A stretch of 64,000 bases of DNA. Source: Candidatus Caldipriscus sp. (GTDB taxonomy: Bacteria > Hydrothermota > Hydrothermia > LBFQ01). A program made the position numbers and the translations under genes. Numbering within the stretch: position 1 is the first letter of the stretch; each line of letters opens with the position of its first letter. Below the pieces are notes generated by a model that had not been told where the DNA came from, ran no database searches, and saw only the letters and a program-made list of their open reading frames with translations. Shown in pieces: positions 18,071 to 28,853 of the stretch. The stretch covers positions 6,171 to 70,170 of the forward strand of contig JBMSAP010000083.1 in assembly GCA_049414445.1 (NCBI GenBank), read 5' to 3'.

Positions 18071-21000
18071 TTATGCTCCAACTAACTTTCCCATTTCCTC
18101 GGCCTCTTCTACGTTCAGCACTATCCTATCCATCCTCCAAAGATGGAAGCCAGTACCCGCAGGTATGAGATCCCCTATTATCACCCTCTCCTTCAATCCC
18201 CTCAGCTCATCTTCCTGTTTCCTTATCGCAGCTTCCGCAAGGATCCTGGGCGCCTCCTCAAAGGATGCGGATGCAAGGAAGCTATCCGTGGTTGATGCTA
18301 CCTTGCTTACACCGACTATTATGGGCTCCCACTTTGCGGGTTTCCCACCTTCCCTCATAACCTTTGCGTTCTCCTCCTCAAGCTTTACCCTGTCCACGAT
18401 CTGTTCGGGTAAGAACCTCGTTGTTCCCCCATCTATAACCTTCACCCTCCTCATCATCTGCCTGAGGATAATTTCTATGTGCTTGTCATCTATTACCACA
18501 CCGGAAACGCTATAAACCTTCTGTATCTGCTCAAGTAAGTACTCCGTCGCCTCGTTGGGACCTTTGATCTTCAGTATGTCTAAGGGAGATATATCTCCTT
18601 CAACGAGCTTGTCCATAGCCTGCACCCTATCCCCTTTTGATACGAGGAGGTAATCTCCGTACTTTATGTCGTACCTTTTCTGAGTTCCGTCGTTGTGCCT
18701 TATTGTCACAACGATCATCCCCCTCTTATCGTCTATTACGATGTCTTCAACTATACCGTCCCTTTCAACCACCACCGCGGCGTCCTTGGGAACCCTCGCC
18801 TCAAATAGCTCCTCCACCTTTGGTAACCCACCCGTTATATCCCTCGTCTTGTATATCATCCTGGGGAGCTTTGCTATTATCTCGCCGGGTTTCACAGACC
18901 CGTCTTCGCCTTTGAAGATGTTGTATGCCTTCTTTGTTAGCCTTGAGCCGTTGGCAAGGGGTATTTCCTCAAGAATTTCGCCCGTCTTTGGATCTTCAAC
19001 TATAGCCTTGGGGTAAAGTCTCCTGTGCCTTACGACCTCAACGACGTATTCAAGTACGCCCGCCTGCGTATCCTCCTTAAGGGATACACCTTCAATTAGC
19101 CCCTCAAATCTGAGAACTCCCCCCTTTGTTACTAGGATAGGCAGATCGTAAGCATCCCACTCCGCTATCTTTTCCCCTTGTTTCACCTTATCACCATCCC
19201 CGACATATAGGATATACCCGTACTCAAGGTTATACCTCTTCCTTCTTCCATCCTTGCCCCTAACGATCACCGCAGATCTCCTTGATATAACGGTCCAGCT
19301 TCCGTCGGCATTTTTCACAGCGTTTACGTTTTCCCACTCAACTATCCCATCAAAGTCCGCCTTATGTACGGGCTCAACCGCTATCCTCTCAGCCGCCCCA
19401 CCCGTATGCTTGGTCCTTAGGGTGAGCTGGGTTCCGGGCTCACCTATGGATTGGGCAGCTACTATTCCCACCGCCTCACCGAGCTCAACGAGCTTGCCCG
19501 TGGCAAGGTTCCTACCATAGCACTTCTGACATACTCCATGTGGTGCCTCGCAGTAAAGGACGGACCTTATCTCAACCTCTTCTATCCCTTTCTTCTCAAT
19601 AAGTTCAGCCTTCTCTTCCGTTATCTCCTCCCCCGCATATACCAGAACCTCCCCGCTTTCCGGATCGTATATATCATCGAGGGCGTACCTTCCGACGATC
19701 CTTTCGCTCAGCTTCCTTATCACCGTCTCCCCTTCCTTCAGAGCCCTTACAACCCTACCCTTTATAGTACCGCAATCCTCCATGGTGACCACCACATCCT
19801 GTGCGGCGTCTACAAGCCTCCTCGTGAGGTATCCCGCATCCGCTGTTTTCATAGCAACGTCGGAAAGTCCCTTCCTTGCCCCATGGGAAGATATGAAGAA
19901 CTCTATGGATGAGAGCCCCTCCTTCAGGGCCGATAGAACCGGCGTATCCACGATTTCACCCGCCTGACCCTTCTTTGAGGGTTTTGTCATCAGTCCCCTC
20001 ATCGCCCCGAGCTGTCTAGTTTGATCTATGTTACCCCTTGCTCCCGAGAACACCATAAGGTATATGGGATTAAATCCCTCCTTGTCCTTTTCCATTGCAG
20101 ATATCATCCTTTGCGTCACCTCTTGGGTTACGTTTGTCCAGATATCGAAGATCCTCTGCTTCCTCTCCGCCCCCGTGATCCTACCCTGTTCAAACGCCTT
20201 CTCAACCCTTTCTATCTCCTTCAAGGCTTTCTTTATGATCTCGTACTTCTCCTCGGGTACTATAATGTCGTCTATTCCGAAGGTTAAGCCCGACCAAGTT
20301 GCCCACCTAAAACCGAGATCCTTCATATTATCAAGGAATTCTGCGGTCTTCCAAGTTCCGAGCTTTCTGTGGATCTCCTTAACGAGGTTTGATATATCCT
20401 TCTTCTTAAACTCCCTGTTGAGGTAAGAAAAGGTAAATTTCTCATCCCACATCTCCTTTGGAATTATTGAAGCGAATATAAGCCTACCCACCGTGGTTTG
20501 GATTATCTTAGCTTTGGTGTTTGAAGGATCAAAGGGGTCTCCTTCAACCGGAACAAGCACTTCCACCGGGTCGTTCACCTTTATTAAACCCAAGGTAAGA
20601 GCGGATATGGCCTCCTGATAGGAAGAAAAGACCGCCTTTACTTTTCCGGACCTCATCTTGGTTATGTAATTTATACCTATGACCATATCTTGGGATGCGG
20701 TAGCCAGCGGGCTCCCATGGGCGGGAGATAGGATGTTGTGGGGGGCAAGCATTAGGGCGTAAGATTCCGCTATTGCTTCCGGGCTTAATGGGACAAATAC
20801 ACCCATTTGATCCCCGTCAAAGTCCGCGTTATAAGCGGCGCACACCAATGGGTGGATCTGTATGGCATATGTGTCGTTTATTACGGGTTCAAATGCCTGG
20901 ATTGATGGCCTGTGAAGGGTGGGCGCCCTGTTGAGGAGGACGGGATGATGCCTTGTTATGTCAAGTAAGATCTCAACTACCTCTTGCTTCTTTTGTTTTA

Positions 21001-22297
21001 TGAATTCAAACTTTTCCGCCCTTGTGTACGCCAATCCGGACTCCTCAAGCTTCCTTTCAATCATGGGTTTAAAGAGCTCTATTGCCATATCCTTGGGAAG
21101 TCCCACCTGATGAAGCTTAAGTTCTGGACCTACGACTATCACGGATCTTCCGGAATAATCCACCCTCTTTCCAAGAAGGTTCCTCCTCAAGAGCCCCTTC
21201 TTCCCCCTCAGATAGTCCGTCAGGGATTTCCTCTTCTGCCCGCTCCTGTTAAGGGAAGGCCTCCTTAGGCGCGAGTTATCTATTAGAGCTTCCACCGCGT
21301 GTTTTATTTGCCTCTTCTCGTTTATTATCATAAGCTCAAATCCGCCTTTCTCCAGTATTAGCTTCAGCCTGTTGTTCCTCCTTATTAGATCCCTATAAAG
21401 GTCGGTTAGGTCCGTATTCGCAAACTTTCCACCTCCAAGGGGCAATATCGGCCTTAAGTCGGGGGGAAGTACAGGTATTACTTCCAGAACCATCCATTCG
21501 GGTTTTTGCCCGGATAAGATAAAAGCCTCAATGATCTTCAACCTGTTCAAAAGCTTCGTCCTCTCCTGGGGATTTGTCGTAGTGTGGAGCCTCAGCTTTG
21601 TTTCCCTGTAAAGGGCCTCAAGGCGGGTTATGGTTTCTCCGGTTTGGGGATCCTCCACCTCCTCGCTCAGATCCTCAAGAAGCTTCTTTATCACCTCCGC
21701 TCCCCATCCGAATTCCACTTTGCCCGGACTCAGCTTCTCCACAATCTTCCTCATCTCGCTTATAGTGACGACCTCTCCCTTTTTCAGGGGAATCTTCTTT
21801 TTACCCTCCTCCGTCTCTATTTCAACAAAGGGCTGATCCACCTTAACATCTATTATCACATAAGCCTCGTAGTTTATTACGGGCTCAAACTTGTTTTTCG
21901 GAATTCCTAAGAGCGTAGGGATAACGTAAGGGGGCATTTTGTAAAACCAGGGGTGGACTACAGGGGTGTTGAGTTGTATATAACCCATCCTCTCCCTCCT
22001 AACGTCTGACCTTGTCACCTCAACCCCACAGACGTCGCAGATTACTCCCTCATGTCTCTTGTCCGAAAACTTTCCGCAGGCGCAGGTGTAGTCCTTTACA
22101 GGTCCAAATATCCTTTGGCAATATAGCCCACCCGGTTCGGGCTTTAGGGTTTTATAGTTTATGGTTTCTGGGCTTTTAACCTCACCCAAACCCCTTATTC
22201 CCCTCTCCCTCCCCTTCCTCTCCGCCTCCGACCAGAGTTTTATCTCCTCCGGGGAGGCGAGGGAGGCGATAACCTTCTTAACCATCTTCCAATTCAT
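18071..22297 (-). CDS. rpoC: DNA-directed RNA polymerase subunit beta'
   Basis: 1408 aa. Catalytic 'NADFDGDQM' motif, zinc-binding cysteines near the N-terminus ('CACGKFSDKRHEGVICDVCGVEV'), trigger-loop and bridge-helix regions. Confidence 0.95.
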   Translation of the reverse strand: MNWKMVKKVIASLASPEEIKLWSEAERKGRERGIRGLGEVKSPETINYKTLKPEPGGLYCQRIFGPVKDYTCACGKFSDKRHEGVICDVCGVEVTRSDVRRERMGYIQLNTPVVHPWFYKMPPYVIPTLLGIPKNKFEPVINYEAYVIIDVKVDQPFVEIETEEGKKKIPLKKGEVVTISEMRKIVEKLSPGKVEFGWGAEVIKKLLEDLSEEVEDPQTGETITRLEALYRETKLRLHTTTNPQERTKLLNRLKIIEAFILSGQKPEWMVLEVIPVLPPDLRPILPLGGGKFANTDLTDLYRDLIRRNNRLKLILEKGGFELMIINEKRQIKHAVEALIDNSRLRRPSLNRSGQKRKSLTDYLRGKKGLLRRNLLGKRVDYSGRSVIVVGPELKLHQVGLPKDMAIELFKPMIERKLEESGLAYTRAEKFEFIKQKKQEVVEILLDITRHHPVLLNRAPTLHRPSIQAFEPVINDTYAIQIHPLVCAAYNADFDGDQMGVFVPLSPEAIAESYALMLAPHNILSPAHGSPLATASQDMVIGINYITKMRSGKVKAVFSSYQEAISALTLGLIKVNDPVEVLVPVEGDPFDPSNTKAKIIQTTVGRLIFASIIPKEMWDEKFTFSYLNREFKKKDISNLVKEIHRKLGTWKTAEFLDNMKDLGFRWATWSGLTFGIDDIIVPEEKYEIIKKALKEIERVEKAFEQGRITGAERKQRIFDIWTNVTQEVTQRMISAMEKDKEGFNPIYLMVFSGARGNIDQTRQLGAMRGLMTKPSKKGQAGEIVDTPVLSALKEGLSSIEFFISSHGARKGLSDVAMKTADAGYLTRRLVDAAQDVVVTMEDCGTIKGRVVRALKEGETVIRKLSERIVGRYALDDIYDPESGEVLVYAGEEITEEKAELIEKKGIEEVEIRSVLYCEAPHGVCQKCYGRNLATGKLVELGEAVGIVAAQSIGEPGTQLTLRTKHTGGAAERIAVEPVHKADFDGIVEWENVNAVKNADGSWTVISRRSAVIVRGKDGRRKRYNLEYGYILYVGDGDKVKQGEKIAEWDAYDLPILVTKGGVLRFEGLIEGVSLKEDTQAGVLEYVVEVVRHRRLYPKAIVEDPKTGEILEEIPLANGSRLTKKAYNIFKGEDGSVKPGEIIAKLPRMIYKTRDITGGLPKVEELFEARVPKDAAVVVERDGIVEDIVIDDKRGMIVVTIRHNDGTQKRYDIKYGDYLLVSKGDRVQAMDKLVEGDISPLDILKIKGPNEATEYLLEQIQKVYSVSGVVIDDKHIEIILRQMMRRVKVIDGGTTRFLPEQIVDRVKLEEENAKVMREGGKPAKWEPIIVGVSKVASTTDSFLASASFEEAPRILAEAAIRKQEDELRGLKERVIIGDLIPAGTGFHLWRMDRIVLNVEEAEEMGKLVGA

Positions 22298-22303
22298 AAA
22301 TCC

Positions 22304-25300
22304 TTACCCCCTTTTAATTTCCAAATTTACAGCCAAAGCCCTCAAAAAGCTCGACAAAACGTTGAAGGTTGAAGGAGTCGAAGGCAAGGGTGGTTCCGTT
22401 CCCTCCCTCAAAGCCTTGTAAAGCCTCAATCTACCCTTTACATCGTCGGACTTTATGGTTAGCATCTCCCATAGCGCATAAGCCGCACCGTGGGCCTCAA
22501 GGGCCCAAACCTCCATCTCCCCGAACCTCTGGCCACCCATATGGGATCTACCTCCCACGGGTTGTTGGGTTATCAAGGAATAGGGACCCGTAGATCTTGC
22601 GTGGATCTTGTCCTCAACCATATGTATGAGCTTCATTATATACATATTTCCGACGGTAACGGGGAAATCTAAATATTCGCCCGTCCTCCCATCCCTCAAC
22701 CTCATCTTACCATCCTCCGGAAGACCCGCAAGTTTAAGCTGTTCTTTTACTTCCTCCACCTTCAGGCTCTGGAAGGCCGGGCAAGCGTACTTTACTCCCC
22801 TCTTGGCAAGTTCCCGTGCGAAGTGTAGTATATCCTCCTCTTCCGCCTCTTTCAACCATCCCTTAAATTCCTCATCCTTGTGAGGCTCATAGAGCTTTAT
22901 TAGGAATTCCCTAATCTTCGATGGTGATTCTCCTTTGTTCAACATCTCCCTGAGTTTTTCGGTGTTCTTTACCGCAGCGTACCCAAGGAGGGTTTCCAAA
23001 ATCTGTCCTATATTCATCCTTGAAGGCACCCCTAAGGGATTTAGGACTATATCAACGGGGGTTCCGTCCTCCATAAATGGCATATCCGCCTCCGGCGCGA
23101 TAATTGAAATCACACCCTTGTTCCCATGCCTACCCGCCAGCTTATCCCCCACCTTTATCTTCCTCTTCTGGGCAATATATACCTTTATCACCTGCCTAAC
23201 ACCTGCCGGAAGCTCATCCCCCCTCCTTATCCTCTCAAGCCCCTCCTCGTATTCCCTAAGGAGATTTTCGTAAGCTTCTCTTCCATCGCTTATTATTCTC
23301 CTTAAGTCTTCCTCGAGGTTCTTATCACCTAAAGCTCCACTCTCTATCCTGAGCTCAAGGGGATCCACACCCCTCAAAATCTCACCCGTTATTATATCAC
23401 CTTTGTCAAGGATCTTGTTCTTCCCTGCAAATATGGGTTTTTCAACCTTTACACCGGAAAGCCTCGCCTGAAGGATCTCCCTAAGGGAATCCCTGAGGTT
23501 CTGGATCTTTAGGTTTATCTCCTCCAAAAGTTTCCTCTGCCTTTTACCTATCACCCTTTTCTCGGGTATGGGCATATCGGGTTTTACCTCGTGATCCACA
23601 TAAAGCTCGCCCGGAATGAACTCACCGCCCGGACCTATATAACCGTGCGCTATAGGGTCGTCGGGTATGTACCTCGTCAAGATCTCAACGCCTATTACTG
23701 TTCCGTGAACTGCGGGAGGAACCCTGAGGGAGGTGTTTTTCCAGGGCTTTGATTTTTCTCCGAATATAGCCATCAAGAGCTTTTCCTCGGGGGAAAGTTC
23801 GCTGAACTTTTTCTCCTCCCTTGGGGTATTCTTTCCAACCAAAATATCGCCCGACCCCACCTTTGAACCTATCCTTGCTATTCCGTACTCGTCAAGGTGG
23901 GCTATATTCCTCTCGCTCTCTTTATAGGGCTCACGGGTTACCACTTCGGGTCCCAACCTTGTTTCAGTAACTTCCGCGGTAAACTCCAATATATGTATGG
24001 ATGTTAGCTTATCCTCCTTTACGAGCCTGTCGGATATTACAATTGCATCCTCAAAGTTGTATCCGTACCAAGGCATAAAGGCCACGGTAAGGTTCCTACC
24101 TAAGGAGATTTCCCCGCCAACGCTCGCAAGGTTCTCCGCAAGTATATCTCCCTTTTTTACCTTCTGCCCTTTCTTAACTTTCGGAACATAATGCACTATC
24201 GTGTTTTGGCCTGACCTTTCAAAAACCCTGAGGTTGTAGGTTTTTACGTTAAACATGCTACCTTCAGGACGCACCATTATTTTTGAGTAATCAACATAAA
24301 CCACTTCGCCATCTTCCTGCGCCAGAATAACGGAACCGCTATCCTCTGCTATTTTCGCTTCCATACCCGTCCCAACGTTTGGAGATTCGGGATTAAGTAG
24401 GGGAACCGCCTGCCTCTGCATGTTTGAACCCATAAGGGCCCTGTTCGCATCGTCGTACTCTAAGAATGGGATCAGGGATGTGGATGGGGAGATTATCTGC
24501 CTCGGAGATAAGTCCATGTAGTCTATCTCTTCCCTGTTGGCGAACATATAACTCCTCTTGTGCCTGACTATTATATTTGAGCTTTGCTTGATCCTCTTGG
24601 TTTTGGGGTCTAGCTCTATATCCGCGGGCGCAATCTTCAGATTTATATCCTCCTGGGGTGTTAGGTAACTCATTTCGTTGGTGACCTTTCCCTTCTCCAC
24701 CTTTACGACGGGTGTCTCTATGAAACCAAGCTCGTTTATCCTCGCATATACCGTTGGCGAGAGTATCAAACCTATGTTTTGACCCTCGGGGGTCTCTATG
24801 GGGCATATCCTACCGTAGTGCGATGGGTGAACATCCCTAACCTCCAAGGTCGCGGTTTCCTTCGTGAGGCCACCCCTACCCATGGCGGAGATCCTCCTCT
24901 TTATCGTCAGTTCAGACAGGGGGTTTGTCTGATCCAAAAGCTGTGAAAGGCTGTTTTGCGTGAAGAAGTTGTTTATTGATCGGGAGACTATCTTGGGGTG
25001 GACTATGTTCCTTAGAGGTTCCCTTTCGCTTATGAGTTTTTCCCTTATACCCTTTGCGGTCTTTATAAGTTCATTTCTTGTCCATTCAAATAGCTGCTCC
25101 CCAACCCTCTTAATCCTTCTATGGGCGAGGTCATCTATATCGTCCTCTTCAACCTCACCCCTATAAAGGTCCATCAACATCCTGAGGGCTACCACGAAAT
25201 CCGTTTCCGTGAGGTTTTCAATATCGTCCTTTGGGGGTGAAAACCCTTCAAGGTCCTTGAGGTATTTTTCGATATTTTCGCCTTTATAAAGACGGGTGTT

Positions 25301-26704
25301 TATCTTGTACCTTCCCACCTTACCTATAAAGGTTTTATCGGGCGAGAAGAAGTAATCCCTCAAAAAGTCTTCGGCGTTCTCAACACTTGCCGAGGAGAAC
25401 CTTATAACCCTATAAATGTACCTGATTGCCTCCTCCCTCCTCCTTATCTTGTCCTCACGTAGCGTCTTTAAAACAATATTTACCGCAGGATCCTTGGGAT
25501 CAAAAACCTTAACTTTGTGTATTTTCCTTCTCTTTAGTTTCTCCGTTATGCTTCCATCTATTACCGTTATCTGCCCCTTGTCATCCACCATGGGGATGAT
25601 CACCTCCCCATCCTCATTCGTTATGTCCTCCGCAAGATAGTATCCCTCCGCTTCGCTCAGGAATTTTTCTTGTGCTATGTGCCCAACCGCAACCTTTATT
25701 ATATCCCTAAATTCGGAAAATCCCAAAAACCTCAAAAACCTCGTAAGGTAAAACTTCTTCTTCCTCAACAGGAAGTACATCCCCTTTTCTCCCTCTATCC
25801 TCAGCTCCATCCAAGGACCACGATATGGGATGATCATAGAGGAGAAAATCTGATTTAACCCCTCTTCCTCTATTAAGAAATACACCCCTGGGGACCTGTG
25901 GATCTGGTTTATTACCACCCTCTCAACTCCCTTTATTACGAAAGTCCCCCTAGATGTCATATATGGGACATCCATAAAGTAGACGACATCCAAAATTTCC
26001 CTTTCTATCTTCCCGTTTTCGTCAAAAAACCTCTCGGATGTTCTGATGTGTATGGGTACGGAATAGGTTAGGTCCCTCTTTTTGGCATCCTCAGGTGATA
26101 TGTCGGGATCCCCAACCCTGTAATCCAAATATTCTATATCCACCCTCCCGTCGGTACTTTGCAAGGGGAATATCTCCTCAAAGATCCTCTTTAAACTCAT
26201 TGATGAACGGGGTTCGGAGTGGTCAAAGAAGGAGTTCTCAACAGAATAAACCAATCCCCTCAAATTTGATTCGTTTATCAATTCATCCTTGGTTTTCGTG
26301 GAAATTCCAATAACTCCAACGTTCGCATTGTTTTCGTTTGCAATTTCAAGAAGGGCTTCTATGTCCTTGGGGGTGTATTTTCCCTTCGGAAGGATAATGT
26401 AGTAATAGTTCGGTCTGGGGATTTCGTCTTTTATGGCATCGGGATTTATCCTATCCCTAACTTCCGCCAATATCCTGTTGGCGGTTTCGGCCCTTTCTTT
26501 GGTGGTTCCCTTTGATACCCTTATGCCAAGCGTATAATTCTTGGCGAGGGTATAAAGGAAATTATGTAAAGTTTCGGTTTCACCAACAAGAGACCAAAAT
26601 ATATTGAACCTCCTACCCAAAAAATCATCATAGGAAGCAAGCTGTATTTCCAAAAGATTTGGCAAAAACTTTTCGTTAAATTGTCCAACCCTTGGTATTC
26701 TCAT
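22304..26704 (-). CDS. rpoB: DNA-directed RNA polymerase subunit beta
   Basis: 1466 aa. Conserved beta-subunit blocks in canonical order, including the rifampicin-cluster region and C-terminal 'GGQRFGEMEVWALEAHGAAY'. Confidence 0.95.
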   Translation of the reverse strand: MRIPRVGQFNEKFLPNLLEIQLASYDDFLGRRFNIFWSLVGETETLHNFLYTLAKNYTLGIRVSKGTTKERAETANRILAEVRDRINPDAIKDEIPRPNYYYIILPKGKYTPKDIEALLEIANENNANVGVIGISTKTKDELINESNLRGLVYSVENSFFDHSEPRSSMSLKRIFEEIFPLQSTDGRVDIEYLDYRVGDPDISPEDAKKRDLTYSVPIHIRTSERFFDENGKIEREILDVVYFMDVPYMTSRGTFVIKGVERVVINQIHRSPGVYFLIEEEGLNQIFSSMIIPYRGPWMELRIEGEKGMYFLLRKKKFYLTRFLRFLGFSEFRDIIKVAVGHIAQEKFLSEAEGYYLAEDITNEDGEVIIPMVDDKGQITVIDGSITEKLKRRKIHKVKVFDPKDPAVNIVLKTLREDKIRRREEAIRYIYRVIRFSSASVENAEDFLRDYFFSPDKTFIGKVGRYKINTRLYKGENIEKYLKDLEGFSPPKDDIENLTETDFVVALRMLMDLYRGEVEEDDIDDLAHRRIKRVGEQLFEWTRNELIKTAKGIREKLISEREPLRNIVHPKIVSRSINNFFTQNSLSQLLDQTNPLSELTIKRRISAMGRGGLTKETATLEVRDVHPSHYGRICPIETPEGQNIGLILSPTVYARINELGFIETPVVKVEKGKVTNEMSYLTPQEDINLKIAPADIELDPKTKRIKQSSNIIVRHKRSYMFANREEIDYMDLSPRQIISPSTSLIPFLEYDDANRALMGSNMQRQAVPLLNPESPNVGTGMEAKIAEDSGSVILAQEDGEVVYVDYSKIMVRPEGSMFNVKTYNLRVFERSGQNTIVHYVPKVKKGQKVKKGDILAENLASVGGEISLGRNLTVAFMPWYGYNFEDAIVISDRLVKEDKLTSIHILEFTAEVTETRLGPEVVTREPYKESERNIAHLDEYGIARIGSKVGSGDILVGKNTPREEKKFSELSPEEKLLMAIFGEKSKPWKNTSLRVPPAVHGTVIGVEILTRYIPDDPIAHGYIGPGGEFIPGELYVDHEVKPDMPIPEKRVIGKRQRKLLEEINLKIQNLRDSLREILQARLSGVKVEKPIFAGKNKILDKGDIITGEILRGVDPLELRIESGALGDKNLEEDLRRIISDGREAYENLLREYEEGLERIRRGDELPAGVRQVIKVYIAQKRKIKVGDKLAGRHGNKGVISIIAPEADMPFMEDGTPVDIVLNPLGVPSRMNIGQILETLLGYAAVKNTEKLREMLNKGESPSKIREFLIKLYEPHKDEEFKGWLKEAEEEDILHFARELAKRGVKYACPAFQSLKVEEVKEQLKLAGLPEDGKMRLRDGRTGEYLDFPVTVGNMYIMKLIHMVEDKIHARSTGPYSLITQQPVGGRSHMGGQRFGEMEVWALEAHGAAYALWEMLTIKSDDVKGRLRLYKALREGTEPPLPSTPSTFNVLSSFLRALAVNLEIKRG

Positions 26705-26733
26705 TATCTTTCACCTCCCGCATTTTAAAGTTT

Positions 26734-26758
26734 GGGGGAGGGAATACCCTCCCTCCCC
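26734..26758 (-). terminator. GC-rich hairpin in the rplL-rpoB intergenic spacer; candidate attenuator or partial terminator
   Basis: Near-perfect inverted repeat GGGGGAGGG-AATA-CCCTCCCTCCCC, seen directly. It sits in the 60-nt spacer where a transcriptional attenuator is known in other bacteria. No strong U-tract follows. Confidence 0.4.
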
Positions 26759-26764
26759 TTTCCC

Positions 26765-27151
26765 CTATTTGATCTCAACCTTGGCACCCACGGTTTCAAA
26801 TTTCTTCTTGATCTCCTCTGCCTCCTCCTTTGACACACCCTCCTTTATGGGTTTGGGAAGGGAATCCAAGAGATCCTTGGCCTCCTTAAGTCCCAGGCCC
26901 GTTATTTCGCGGACGACCTTCAGAGCCTGTATTTTGTTTGAAGCCTCAACCAATATCACATCAAAAGTCGTCTTTTCTTCAACTTCCTCCGCGACGGGCG
27001 CTGCCGCGACGGGTGCCACAGCCATGACGGGTGCGGAGGCGCTGACTCCAAATTTCTCCTCCAAAGCCTTAACCAGCTCCGCAAGCTCCAAAACCGTAAG
27101 GTTCCCTATCGCCGCCACTATTTCCTCAACCGTAAGCTTTTTCTCCGTCAT
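26765..27151 (-). CDS. rplL: 50S ribosomal protein L7/L12
   Basis: 128 aa. N-terminal dimerisation helix, Ala/Pro/Val-rich flexible hinge, C-terminal '[20 protein letters not shown]' domain. Confidence 0.9.
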   Translation of the reverse strand: MTEKKLTVEEIVAAIGNLTVLELAELVKALEEKFGVSASAPVMAVAPVAAAPVAEEVEEKTTFDVILVEASNKIQALKVVREITGLGLKEAKDLLDSLPKPIKEGVSKEEAEEIKKKFETVGAKVEIK

Positions 27152-27153
27152 AA

Positions 27154-27678
27154 TTATACCTCCTTTTCTTTCTTTTCCTTAAGCGCATTTAATGCATAAA
27201 CCAATCCCCTCAAAATCCCTCCCAAACTCCAAACCAGACCATAAAGCGGGGCGCTTATACCCCCGACCACCTTTGCCCTCAGCTCCTGAACGGGTGGAAG
27301 GTTTGAAAGCCTTTTTAACTCATCCTTAGAAATAAATTTTCCGTGTAAAACCCCACCCTTCAGCTCCCCCTTATTTACCTCATCTACAAACTCCACGAAT
27401 ATCTTTAGGGGTTCCACCTCATCCGAAAAGGAGAATATTATTGCGGTGTTTCCAACGAGGACATCCTTTATCTCGGGAGCTTGTTTTTCCAAGGATATCC
27501 TGAGAAGGTTGTTCTTGACGACCTTTACCCCATACCCCTTTTCCTTCATCCTCTTCCTTAGGTCGTTCATCTCCATAACGGTCATACCCTTAAAGTCAAA
27601 TAGGGCTATCATTGACGCCCTCTGGGCGATATCCTTAAGATCGTTCAAAATCTTCTCTTTTTCCTTTCTGGTCTTCAT
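27154..27678 (-). CDS. rplJ: 50S ribosomal protein L10
   Basis: 174 aa. Position between rplA and rplL and L10-like sequence ('[25 protein letters not shown]'). Confidence 0.85.
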   Translation of the reverse strand: MKTRKEKEKILNDLKDIAQRASMIALFDFKGMTVMEMNDLRKRMKEKGYGVKVVKNNLLRISLEKQAPEIKDVLVGNTAIIFSFSDEVEPLKIFVEFVDEVNKGELKGGVLHGKFISKDELKRLSNLPPVQELRAKVVGGISAPLYGLVWSLGGILRGLVYALNALKEKKEKEV

Positions 27679-28400
27679 GCCATAACCCCCCTCTTTCTAA
27701 GGGTTTCCATAATTTCCGAAAGATCCAGGGCTATCGAAGGGCCCATGGTGGTGGTAAGGTAAGCGCTTTTTATAAACTGTCCCTTTACCCCTTTGGGCCT
27801 GTTTTTTACAACCTCCTCAAATACTGCGAGGGCGTTTTCGTAAAGTTGCTCGGGTGTAAAGTTGGTCTTACCTACGGGGACATGTATATTTCCGGATTTG
27901 TCGTTCCTCACCTCAACCCTACCTTTCTTGAGTTCCCTTACTACTTGTCCCACATCCTCGGTTACGGTTCCCGTCTTCGGGTTGGGCATAAGTCCCCTTG
28001 GACCCAAAATTCTACCCAGCTTACCCACCTCCCTCATGGTTTCTGGTGTTGCTACCACCGCATCAAACTCAAGCCAACCGTTCTGTATCTGCTCAATATA
28101 CTCTTTAAATCCCACGTAATCCGCTCCCGCCCCCTTCGCCTCCTTCTCCTTCTCGGGGTTTGTGGTTAGCACCAAAACCCTCACGGTTTTCCCCGTCCCA
28201 TGAGGTAAAACAACGGGTATCCGGATGTTTTGTTCGGGTTTTGTGGTGTCTATGTTAAGTCTCATATGAAGTTCAACGGTTTCTATGAACTTTGCGCTCT
28301 GGAAATCCCTTACCATTTTAACCGCTTCCCTTAGGGGATATTTCTTGGTGAGGTCGTAAAGTTGCAAGAGTTTTTTGTACCTCTTCCCAACCTTTGCCAT
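27675..28400 (-). CDS. rplA: 50S ribosomal protein L1
   Basis: 241 aa. '[10 protein letters not shown]' N-terminus and L1 signature regions. Confidence 0.9.
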   Translation of the reverse strand: MAKVGKRYKKLLQLYDLTKKYPLREAVKMVRDFQSAKFIETVELHMRLNIDTTKPEQNIRIPVVLPHGTGKTVRVLVLTTNPEKEKEAKGAGADYVGFKEYIEQIQNGWLEFDAVVATPETMREVGKLGRILGPRGLMPNPKTGTVTEDVGQVVRELKKGRVEVRNDKSGNIHVPVGKTNFTPEQLYENALAVFEEVVKNRPKGVKGQFIKSAYLTTTMGPSIALDLSEIMETLRKRGVMA

Positions 28401-28401
28401 C

Positions 28402-28842
28402 TTATCCCTCCACTATTTGTATCCCGGCGCTCCTTGCGGTTCCCTCTATCATCCTCACTGCGGCCTCAAGGTCGGTGGTGTTAAGATCGGGCATCTTCAA
28501 CTTGGCGATCTCAATTACCTTTGATCTGGGAATTTTGGCGACTATTTCCTTTCCAGGGTTGTGGGCGGCGGTTTCTATACCCGCAGCTTTCTTAAGCAGA
28601 ACGGATGTTGGAGGAGTCTTAAACTCAAGGTCAAAGGTTTTATCCCTGTAAATCGTTATGACGACGGGAATTATTAATCCTATTTTATCTTTCGTTGCAT
28701 CATTAAAAGCTTTGACAAACTGCATAAGGTTTATACCGTAAGGACTCAGAGTTGGACCCACCGGCGGTGCGGGTGTAGCCTGCCCCGCCGGAAGCTGCAA
28801 TTTGACCTTGGCAACAATCTCCTTCTTAACCTTCTTTGCCAT
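28402..28842 (-). CDS. rplK: 50S ribosomal protein L11
   Basis: 146 aa. '[18 protein letters not shown]' L11 N-terminal-domain signature. Confidence 0.9.
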   Translation of the reverse strand: MAKKVKKEIVAKVKLQLPAGQATPAPPVGPTLSPYGINLMQFVKAFNDATKDKIGLIIPVVITIYRDKTFDLEFKTPPTSVLLKKAAGIETAAHNPGKEIVAKIPRSKVIEIAKLKMPDLNTTDLEAAVRMIEGTARSAGIQIVEG

Positions 28843-28853
28843 TTTCCCCTCCT

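Noticed and set aside
18066-26313. Numerous 60-150-codon ORFs on the plus strand across rpoC/rpoB (e.g. 18066-18515, 19451-19912, 22935-23273)
   Set aside because: They are antisense to two very well-conserved long genes, have low-complexity S/P/L-rich translations with no motifs, and are the usual antisense ORFs produced by protein-coding GC-skewed sequence.
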